Shown piece after piece: positions 8,289 to 13,692 of a stretch of 13,692 nt of DNA (position 1 is the first letter of the stretch; the number at the start of each line of letters is the position of its first letter). The notes under the pieces are model-generated. The model was not told the origin of the DNA and did not search any database. It saw only the letters and a list, made by a program, of their open reading frames with translations. The position numbers and the translations under genes were made by a program. This DNA is from Candidatus Falkowbacteria bacterium (GTDB lineage: Bacteria; Patescibacteriota; Patescibacteriia; UBA11705; JABHMO01): contig JABJBF010000023.1 of assembly GCA_018665965.1 (NCBI GenBank), positions 64,001 through 77,692 of the forward strand, written 5' to 3'.

Positions 8289-8531
8289 ATGAGTGAAAGC
8301 AAGTATAGGCAATGGTTTCGTAAATCATTTTGGCGATCGAATAAAGATAGCAAAGATGGAATCGCTGAAGTTAATGACGGCTGCGTGCAAGCTGTTCTGG
8401 ATTTTGTGAATAAACACGGAATTGGAAGTTCTGATTATAAGATAGTGCCAATAACCTATGGAAGGGACGGCAACGGCGACGATTTTATGAATATTCAGTT
8501 GGCCTATTTTGCTGAAGAAGAGTTGAAATAG
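8289..8531 (+). CDS. Small hypothetical protein A, 80 aa. It is a paralog of the next gene.
   Basis: Strong SD GGAGGTG 5 nt upstream of the ATG. It shares an ordered series of motifs with ORF B: R-[ST]-x-KD, D-x-G-x5-FVN-[KR], aromatic-K-[IL], and the C-terminal Y-[FL]-[AS]-EE-x-L-[KE]. Confidence 0.6.
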   Translation: MSESKYRQWFRKSFWRSNKDSKDGIAEVNDGCVQAVLDFVNKHGIGSSDYKIVPITYGRDGNGDDFMNIQLAYFAEEELK

Positions 8532-8539
8532 GAGGCGTT

Positions 8540-8779
8540 ATGTCAAAAGTAGACACACCTCTAGAGTGGCAGATACGTGTATTCAGAACACACAGTAAAG
8601 ATCACGGTAATACTTATGACGACACTTTTGATGCTGGTCAAAGATTGGCCAAAGAGTTTGTTAATAGAAATAAAGCTGACATTAAGAAATTTAAGTTAAG
8701 TACCGCGATTGGGGATTCAGAGAATAGTTGTTCTTATTATGTGTACGTGTGGTACCTGAGTGAAGAAGCATTGGAGTAG
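8540..8779 (+). CDS. Small hypothetical protein B, 79 aa. It is a paralog of the preceding gene.
   Basis: SD AGGAGG overlaps the TAG stop of ORF A (aaaTAGGAGGcgttATG), indicating translational coupling. The same motif series as ORF A is present (FRTHSKD..DAGQRLAKEFVNRN...FKL...YLSEEALE). Confidence 0.6.
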   Translation: MSKVDTPLEWQIRVFRTHSKDHGNTYDDTFDAGQRLAKEFVNRNKADIKKFKLSTAIGDSENSCSYYVYVWYLSEEALE

Positions 8780-8821
8780 AAGTCAATAAGCGTTCTGGCA
8801 ATCTGGGACGTTTTTTATTTT

Positions 8822-8850
8822 TTGCAAAATTTTGCTAATTCAGGTATAAT
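8822..8850 (+). promoter_or_regulatory. Near-consensus sigma70 promoter TTGCAA-17-TATAAT upstream of the GxxExxY gene.
   Basis: ttgcaa is at 8822-8827, with a 17-nt spacer and tataat at 8845-8850. Confidence 0.5.
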
Positions 8851-8892
8851 TCTGTAAGTGAGTACTGAATAATACTGATATGCTGAATATTT

Positions 8893-9285
8893 ATGAGTAT
8901 TAATGTAAACAAAAATTATCCAGAATCGGAATTAACTGATAAAATAATAGGTGCAGCATTTGAAGTTTAAAATAGCTTAGGCAGTGGGCATAGAGAAAAG
9001 TATTATCAGTTGGCACTTGCTAAAGAGTTTAGACTTAATAAGATAAGGTATAAGGAACAGGTTAGAGTAGATCTTTTGTATAAAGGAGAAAAAATTGGTC
9101 GAAGAATATTTGATTTCGTTATAGATGGGCGGGTTGTCGTTGAGTTGAAGGTTGGTAGTTATCTTGCTAAAAGTGAATTCGATCAAATTAATGATTATTT
9201 AAGAATTTCTGGAAAAAAAGTTGGTTTGTTAATTTTATTTTCAAATAAAGGTGTTAAAATACGACGTGTTGTAAATTTAAAATAA
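8893..9285 (+). pseudogene. GxxExxY-family (PD-(D/E)xK nuclease fold) gene interrupted by a single in-frame TAA at 8968-8970.
   Basis: Reading from ATG 8893 gives MSINVNKNYPESELTDKIIGAAFEV*NSLGSGHREKYYQLALAKEF.... This continues in frame into the track ORF at 9010-9285 (...RRIFDFVIDGRVVVELKVGSYLAK...GLLILFSN). It matches the family consensus, including IIGAA.EV, the G-x-x-E-x-x-Y motif (GHREKYY) and the D...ELK catalytic motif. The stop replaces the usual His/Tyr after EV. There are no frameshifts. Confidence 0.65.
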
Positions 9286-9325
9286 ATTCAATAAGATTTG
9301 CTGATATTTACGTTCAGTAAATCAG

Positions 9326-9331
9326 TATAAT
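9326..9331 (+). promoter_or_regulatory. Perfect -10 hexamer TATAAT 15 nt upstream of the lysS ATG, implying a very short leader.
   Basis: cagTATAATtcagtaatcaattgtATG. The -35 is poor. Confidence 0.3.
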
Positions 9332-9346
9332 TCAGTAATCAATTGT

Positions 9347-10816
9347 ATGGAACAAAACGAAGAAGCAGTTCGCCTGCAAAAATTAGAAAAACTACAATCA
9401 ATGGGAGTAGAGCCTTATCCAGCTAAGTTTGACAAGAAACAGACTCTGGCTGAATGTAAAGAAATGAAGGAGGGCAAAAAAGTAAAGACTGCCGGTCGTT
9501 TAGTAATGTTTCGTGATATGGGCAAATTAACCTTTGCTCACTTAAGTGACTTTTCTGGTCGCATGCAAATTGCGTTCAAGCAAGATGATTTAGGTAAGGA
9601 TGATTATAAACAATTACAAAAAATAATTGATCTGGGTGATTTTATTGGAGTGGAAGGTGAGCTTTTTGTAACGCACAAAGGTGAACTAACTATCCTTGTT
9701 AATAAATGGACCTTTCTTGGTAAAGCTTTGAAACCATTACCTGAAAAATGGCATGGACTGAAAGATGTGGAAGCAACATACCGTCAGCGTTACTTGGATT
9801 TGATCTCCAATCCGGAAACCATGCAACGCTTTCAACTCCGTAGTAAATTTATCAGAGCTCTGCGGGAGTTTTATTGGCAAGAAGATTTTTTCGAAGTTGA
9901 GACTCCGACTTTACTGCATAGTGCCACTGGCGCGCATGCCAAACCTTACAAGACCCATAATAACGGTTTAGATATTGATGTGTTTCTTCGAATCTCACAT
10001 GAACTTCCATTGAAGCAATTGATCATTGGTGGTTATGATAAAATTTTTGAAATTGGCAAAGCATTCAGGAATGAAGGTATTGACCCATCACATTTACCAG
10101 AGCATACTCATTTAGAACATTATTGTGCTTATTGGGATTTTGAAGATAATATAAAATTCACTGAAAAGATGTTTGAATTTATTTTTAAGAAATTAAATTT
10201 ACCACATGAACTTGAAATTACCGGTAAGGATGGCAAAAAACGGAAAGTTAATTTCAAAACTCCGTGGAAGCGAGTGGACTTTATTGAGTTGGTAAAGAAA
10301 GATTGTGGGTTAGACGTTGCTAAGTATAAGAACCCAAAAGATTTAGTGAAAGATTTGAAAAAGAAGAAGATTCAAGTTGATGATATGGAGCATATGGGAC
10401 TGGCAACTTTGATTGATAACCTTTACAAAAAAGTTTCTCGACCAAAAATTATTGATCCAGTATTTTTATATCATTATCCAATTGAATTACAGCCCTTGGC
10501 GCGACGTAATGATGATGATTCAGAAATCGTTGACCAATTTCAGTTGGTTGTCGGTGGTTGGGAAATTGTCAAAGCTTATTCAGAGTTAGTTGACCCAATA
10601 GATCAAGAAAAACGATTCAAGGATCAGGCGAAACTTAAAAAATCTGGTGATGACGAAACCATGGAAGGTGATCCAGAATTTGTAGATTCAATGAAATACG
10701 GCATGCCACCAATTTCTGGTTGGGGAATGGGAATTGATCGAATTTTAACAATCCTGACTGAGCAAGATAATCTTCGTGATGTAGTTTTCTTTCCGTTGAT
10801 GAAACCAAAAGAATAA
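9347..10816 (+). CDS. lysS: Lysyl-tRNA synthetase, class II.
   Basis: 489 aa. The N-terminal OB-fold anticodon-binding domain is followed by a class II core with ...GKAFRNEGIDPSHLPEHT... (motif 2) and ...GMPPISGWGMGIDRILTIL (motif 3). Confidence 0.92.
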   Translation: MEQNEEAVRLQKLEKLQSMGVEPYPAKFDKKQTLAECKEMKEGKKVKTAGRLVMFRDMGKLTFAHLSDFSGRMQIAFKQDDLGKDDYKQLQKIIDLGDFIGVEGELFVTHKGELTILVNKWTFLGKALKPLPEKWHGLKDVEATYRQRYLDLISNPETMQRFQLRSKFIRALREFYWQEDFFEVETPTLLHSATGAHAKPYKTHNNGLDIDVFLRISHELPLKQLIIGGYDKIFEIGKAFRNEGIDPSHLPEHTHLEHYCAYWDFEDNIKFTEKMFEFIFKKLNLPHELEITGKDGKKRKVNFKTPWKRVDFIELVKKDCGLDVAKYKNPKDLVKDLKKKKIQVDDMEHMGLATLIDNLYKKVSRPKIIDPVFLYHYPIELQPLARRNDDDSEIVDQFQLVVGGWEIVKAYSELVDPIDQEKRFKDQAKLKKSGDDETMEGDPEFVDSMKYGMPPISGWGMGIDRILTILTEQDNLRDVVFFPLMKPKE

Positions 10817-10858
10817 ATATTACACAAATATTGTACAAATATTAAACAAATATTATTA
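10815..10858 (+). repeat. Four tandem copies of an 11-nt unit AAATATTnnnn immediately after the lysS stop.
   Basis: aaatattacac aaatattgtac aaatattaaac aaatattatta. Confidence 0.45.
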
Positions 10859-10861
10859 ATA

Positions 10862-10896
10862 AAAAACTCCGGTTCAATGTTGAGCACGGAGTTTTT
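10862..10896 (+). terminator. Palindromic intrinsic terminator for lysS, potentially bidirectional.
   Basis: aaaactccg - 15-nt loop - cggagttttt. An A-run precedes and a T-run follows, so it can terminate in either direction. Confidence 0.55.
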
Positions 10897-10902
10897 AGTT
10901 AG

Positions 10903-10935
10903 AAAAAAGCCCTAACCGATTGTCTGGTTAGGGCT
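10903..10935 (-). terminator. Intrinsic terminator oriented for minus-strand transcripts.
   Basis: Perfect 9-10 bp stem gccctaacc / ggttagggc with an 8-nt loop. AAAAAA precedes it on the plus strand, which is a U-run on the minus strand. Confidence 0.45.
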
Positions 10936-10985
10936 GTAGCGAAGCACACCTTCCGCTCGGGGCAGAGCGAGGAGGATTGTAAATC
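10903..10985 (-). ncRNA. Candidate small RNA of about 80 nt on the minus strand, with a CCUCCUC anti-SD motif, two GC hairpins and an intrinsic terminator.
   Basis: The minus-strand reading is ...tttact-17-tataat (plus-strand attata at 10987-10992), then uugauuuacaauCCUCCUCgcucugccccgagcg (hairpin), gaaggugugcuucgc (hairpin), and a terminator hairpin plus U-run. There is no ORF. This rests purely on structure and promoter logic. Confidence 0.25.
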
Positions 10986-11114
10986 AATTATAATATATGT
11001 AATGAAACAAGTAAAGTGAGATCACGTACCGAAATAAGGTCAAGAGCTTGGCAACATTTGTAGTGGAGTTAAATGTAATTAATTCTAGGATATAAATGTT
11101 CATAATTATTGTAT

Positions 11115-11245
11115 TTAGCCACCTGGCCCTGAAAGGGCCAGGCTAAGTTTTGTAAAGGCTACTAAAGTAGCCTGAAGAGACTTAGCCCCATTTATGGGGG
11201 TTTAGAATACAAATAGCCTGGGGTTTTCAACCCCAGGTGGCTAAG
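11115..11245. repeat. GC-rich nested inverted-repeat element with four hairpins and the GGCTAAG/CTTAGCC motif four times. It is a candidate structured ncRNA or riboswitch-like switch, or alternatively a MITE-like palindromic repeat.
   Basis: Hairpin A is 11115-11147 (ttagcc-ca-cctggccc-tgaaa-gggccagg-ctaag). Hairpin C is 11157-11172 (ggctac-taaa-gtagcc). Hairpin D is 11186-11199 (cccca-ttta-tgggg). Hairpin B is 11214-11245 (tagcctgggg-ttttcaa-ccccagg-tgg-ctaag). The 5' half of A (ttagccacctgg, 11115-11126) is perfectly complementary to the 3' half of B (ccaggtggctaa, 11233-11244). This gives mutually exclusive local and long-range folds. Confidence 0.4.
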
Positions 11246-11299
11246 TAGGCAAAATTTAACTCATTAATATTGCAAAGGTATTGAACCATTACGACGTAC

Positions 11300-11328
11300 T
11301 TGACAATTTAAGATTTATGTTATATACT
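11300..11328 (+). promoter_or_regulatory. Consensus sigma70 promoter TTGACA-17-TATACT for the zinc-ribbon gene.
   Basis: ttgaca is at 11300-11305, with a 17-nt spacer and tatact at 11323-11328. Alternatively TGn-TATATA (extended -10) at 11318-11326. Confidence 0.6.
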
Positions 11329-11371
11329 GTATTCTTCTAGTGACAGCTGTTAATTTAGTGGAGGTAATATC

Positions 11372-11581
11372 ATGAGTGTTGTAATTTGTCGGGACTGCGG
11401 GAAAAGCAAGTCTTTTTCTGCAATTGTCAGTGAGACTGGAGTGTGCAAGGATTGTGATGGGAAGCTGAGTGGTGAGAGAAGGACTCAGGCGCGCAATGCA
11501 GCGACATTCTCCACGTTCAAATTTGGCTCTGACAGAGAGAGGGAGGAAAGAATTGCTCATTTGGCCAGTATTGATCGCTAA
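11372..11581 (+). CDS. Small C4 zinc-ribbon protein of 69 aa (CxxC-x15-CxxC at the N-terminus, charged C-terminal tail). It resembles FmdB/zinc-ribbon-type putative regulators. GC-rich.
   Basis: SD GGAGG at 11360-11364 lies 7 nt before the ATG. MSVVICRDCGKSKSFSAIVSETGVCKDCDGKL.... A consensus promoter lies upstream and a strong terminator follows the stop. GC is about 48-50% against about 33% for the genome. The overlapping minus ORF at 11315-11674 and the + ORF at 11469-11657 are treated as artefacts. Confidence 0.6.
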   Translation: MSVVICRDCGKSKSFSAIVSETGVCKDCDGKLSGERRTQARNAATFSTFKFGSDREREERIAHLASIDR

Positions 11582-11611
11582 TAAGTATTTAGCTAGAAAT
11601 GATACACAAGA

Positions 11612-11642
11612 AGGCGCGAAACAATGTTTCGCGCCTTTTTTA
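11612..11642 (+). terminator. Strong rho-independent terminator.
   Basis: aggcgcgaaaca-a-tgtttcgcgcct is a perfect 12-nt inverted repeat (11612-11636) followed by TTTTTT. Confidence 0.7.
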
Positions 11643-11915
11643 GTACATTTTGAATAAAAATGCCCCAAATGCACTGTGCAAATGGGGCTCCTCCAGATTT
11701 AGGTGCAGCCATATAGGGATTGTTACTGAATACAGCTTCTACTGCAATTCTCAAATTTTAGCTATTATCTCCTAAAATTCTTTCAACAATATTAATACAT
11801 TGCCTCATGAATTTTTGAAGATTCTATCACAGGATTTTAGAGTTTCGTGACGAACCTGTTTTCTGTAACAAGCCCTTAAGGAGGACTGAGCAATATAGCA
11901 TACATTTTTGGTTTT

Positions 11916-11962
11916 GTCAACCTGTTGTTCTACAGCCATGCAGTATCGCATGGCAGGTTGAC
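11916..11962 (+). promoter_or_regulatory. Nested stem-loop just upstream of the putative serS promoter. An orphan AAGGAGG at 11877-11883 precedes it.
   Basis: gtcaacctg(9 bp)-ttgttctacag-ccatgc-agtatc-gcatgg-caggttgac. An overlapping second hairpin follows: accttg...caaggt (11961-11987). The element lies within a 560-nt ORF-free region. Confidence 0.3.
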
Positions 11963-11991
11963 CTTGAGTTGACCGAAAGGCCAAGGTTATT

Positions 11992-12020
11992 TTGCTAAAT
12001 TTTGTGATATTTAGTATAAT
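11992..12020 (+). promoter_or_regulatory. Candidate sigma70 promoter TTGCTA-17-TATAAT for serS.
   Basis: ttgcta is at 11992-11997, with a 17-nt spacer and tataat at 12015-12020. A second TATAAT lies at about 12127-12132, after a ccccttgggg palindrome. Confidence 0.45.
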
Positions 12021-12200
12021 AGTTCATATGAAAACACCTAATAAACAATACTAAATACCCAATTCTTACTGAAAATTATCGACTGGACATTTCATATTGT
12101 ATATTTTCCTATTTTTCCCCTTGGGGGTATAATATTTTTGATATTTTATAAATATCTCAACTCTTAACTTTATAAACTTTTTAACTTTTAACTAAATAAT

Positions 12201-13466
12201 ATGCTAGACATAAAATACATTCGTGAAAACAAGGAGCAGTTGAAACAAATTGCTCGACATAAAAATATTCAGGTTGATATTGATAAGCTTTTACAATTAG
12301 ATGAAAAACGTAGAAAGCTAACGCAACAACTTGAGGAATTACGCACTCGCAAGAATCAGGTTAGTAAACAAATTCCACAAATGCAGGAAAGTGAAAAACA
12401 ACAAGCGTTTGTTGAAATGAAGGAAGTTAGCGCACTGCAAGACGAGATTGAGGGCAAGTTAAAGCCACTTCTGACTGAATATGAAAATTTAATGTTGAGT
12501 GTTCCAATGTATATTCATGAAAATGTGCCAATTGGTGCAGATGAAAGTGGTAACATTGAAATTGAAAAGGTGGGTGAACCGACAAAGTTTGATTTTCCTC
12601 CCAAGGATCATATGACACTTGGTGCTGATCTGGATATTATTGACAATGAACGCGCTGTAAAAATTGGAGGTAGTCGATCTTACTTATTGAAAGGTGATGG
12701 CGCGCGATTGGAAGCCGCAGTTCTTAAATATGCAGAAGATTTCATTTCTCGCAAAGGTTATACTCTGATGAATGTACCAGTGATTGTTAATGAAGCTGCT
12801 ATGAGAGGCACTGGCTTTTTCCCTGGATCAGAGGATGAAACCTATCACCTGGAAAAAGATGACAAATATTTAGTTGGTACATCTGAAGTTGCTATTGGTT
12901 CATATCATGCTAATGAGATTTTAAAAGAAGAAGATTTACCACTTCGTTACGCCGGCTTTTCAGTTTGTTTTCGCCGTGAAGCAGGTTCTTATGGAAAAGA
13001 TACTCATGGTTTGTACAGAGTTCATCAGTTTATGAAGATTGAGCAGTTTGTTATTTGCAAAAATGATGAGAAGGTATCTATGGAAATGCATGCTGAATTA
13101 TTGAACAATTCAAAAGAGTTTATGCAAAGTCTAAAGTTACCATTCCGAGTTTTGAATATTTGTACTGGTGACATGGGACAAGGTAAATATTATATGAATG
13201 ATATTGAGACCTGGATGCCTAGTCGAGAGGGCTATGGTGAAACTCATAGTGCATCAGCTTTGCTGGACTTTCAATCACGTCGATTAAATCTTCGATATAA
13301 AGACAGTGAAGGTCAAATTCATTTTTGTCATACATTAAATAATACAGTTGTAGCTACACCAAGAGTTTTGATTCCGTTAATGGAAATTTATCAAACCAAG
13401 GATGGTAAAATTCAAGTTCCAGAAGTTCTTCAGCCGTATATTGATAATCAGCAGGAGATTGGTTAA
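12201..13466 (+). CDS. serS: Seryl-tRNA synthetase, class II.
   Basis: 421 aa. The N-terminal coiled-coil tRNA-binding arm (KEQLKQIARHK...LEELRTRKNQVSKQI) is followed by the catalytic core with ...FRREAGSYGKDTHGLYRVHQF (motif 2) and ...GETHSASA.... No T-box leader sequence was recognised upstream. Confidence 0.92.
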   Translation: MLDIKYIRENKEQLKQIARHKNIQVDIDKLLQLDEKRRKLTQQLEELRTRKNQVSKQIPQMQESEKQQAFVEMKEVSALQDEIEGKLKPLLTEYENLMLSVPMYIHENVPIGADESGNIEIEKVGEPTKFDFPPKDHMTLGADLDIIDNERAVKIGGSRSYLLKGDGARLEAAVLKYAEDFISRKGYTLMNVPVIVNEAAMRGTGFFPGSEDETYHLEKDDKYLVGTSEVAIGSYHANEILKEEDLPLRYAGFSVCFRREAGSYGKDTHGLYRVHQFMKIEQFVICKNDEKVSMEMHAELLNNSKEFMQSLKLPFRVLNICTGDMGQGKYYMNDIETWMPSREGYGETHSASALLDFQSRRLNLRYKDSEGQIHFCHTLNNTVVATPRVLIPLMEIYQTKDGKIQVPEVLQPYIDNQQEIG

Positions 13467-13478
13467 CGTTTACCTCAC

Positions 13479-13692
13479 ATGCTAAACCCAGAATCCCAAC
13501 AATTAACTGAAAAATCTCTCCACGCTAACTTCACTGAAAGTCAGCAACGACATTTTGATAAATTAATGTCTGAGTTGGAAGTGCTTTCAGGTGGCTTAGG
13601 CTTTGCTGAACTTAAAGTAAAAGCTGAAGCTGGTGATAAAGAAGCGCTTCAAGTGATGCGCGATTATATTGCGAAGAAAGAACAAATTGTGG
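13479..13692 (+). CDS. Partial ORF (N-terminal 71 codons, running off the window), hypothetical protein.
   Basis: The ATG at 13479 is 12 nt after the serS stop. The frame stays open to the window end (MLNPESQQLTEKSLHANFTESQQRHFDKLMSELEVLSGGLGFAELKVKAEAGDKEALQVMRDYIAKKEQIV). It is not in the ORF track, presumably because it is incomplete. Confidence 0.35.
   Translation, partial: MLNPESQQLTEKSLHANFTESQQRHFDKLMSELEVLSGGLGFAELKVKAEAGDKEALQVMRDYIAKKEQIV

Noticed and set aside
11214-11245. tRNA-like T-arm (cctgggg-ttttcaa-ccccagg)
   Set aside because: The loop does not match the T-psi-C-R-A consensus. No acceptor, D or anticodon arms can be built around it. It is better explained as one hairpin of the nested palindromic element.
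10892-11643. TTTTTAGT 8-bp direct repeats as a bona fide target-site duplication
   Set aside because: Both copies are the T-runs of intrinsic terminators followed by AGT. An 8-mer match in AT-rich DNA can arise by chance. It is kept only as a hint within the cassette finding.
11315-11674. 119-aa minus-strand ORF and 62-aa + ORF (11469-11657) overlapping the zinc-ribbon gene
   Set aside because: They run through the consensus promoter and through the 12-bp terminator hairpin. Neither has an RBS. The + strand 69-aa ORF has a promoter, SD and terminator in the correct order.
11650-12200. T-box leader upstream of serS
   Set aside because: No AATTAGGGTGGTACCGCG-like T-box sequence or antiterminator bulge motif was found in the 560-nt leader region.
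2482-12618. Short minus-strand ORFs embedded antisense in proS, mreB, mreC, mrdA, greA, lysS and serS (2482-2664, 3088-3282, 3799-4020, 4757-4999, 6229-6462, 6542-6886, 7848-8147, 10624-10887, 10635-10838, 12427-12618). Also 8159-8353 and 8977-9186.
   Set aside because: They lie antisense within well-supported conserved genes or across intergenic signals. Each is a typical six-frame artefact of 60-115 aa with no expression signals.

Overview
This is an AT-rich window (backbone about 33-35% GC by eye) from what looks like a small-genome bacterium, plausibly CPR/Patescibacteria-like. The backbone is housekeeping genes, all on the + strand: a DUF721 (DciA-like) gene, a small membrane protein, proS, the mreB-mreC-mreD-mrdA (PBP2) cell-shape cluster, greA, lysS, serS and a partial downstream ORF. 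Three accessory or unusual segments interrupt it. (1) At the left edge, a minus-strand gene at 87-764 is strikingly GC-rich (about 55-60%). It encodes a secreted protein, possibly outer-membrane-like, driven by a perfect consensus sigma70 promoter and an AAGGAGG Shine-Dalgarno. (2) Between greA and lysS lie two tandem paralogous about 80-aa genes with strong, translationally coupled RBSs. Next to them is a GxxExxY (PD-(D/E)xK) gene that is intact except for a single in-frame TAA. (3) Between lysS and serS is a roughly 1.4 kb non-housekeeping locus. It holds 11-nt tandem repeats, two back-to-back intrinsic terminators and a possible minus-strand small RNA carrying a CCUCCUC anti-SD motif. It also holds a GC-rich 130-nt multi-hairpin element with recurring GGCTAAG/CTTAGCC motifs and alternative long-range pairing. 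A consensus promoter (TTGACA-17-TATACT) follows, then a GC-rich 69-aa C4 zinc-ribbon gene with a GGAGG RBS and a strong terminator, then a further 560-nt structured non-coding stretch before serS. No tRNA, rRNA or CRISPR array was recognised. Other notable details are short 8-mer tandem arrays between mreB and mreC, a minimal ProRS whose editing insertion is replaced by a Cys4 ribbon, and an unusually long cytoplasmic N-terminus on PBP2.
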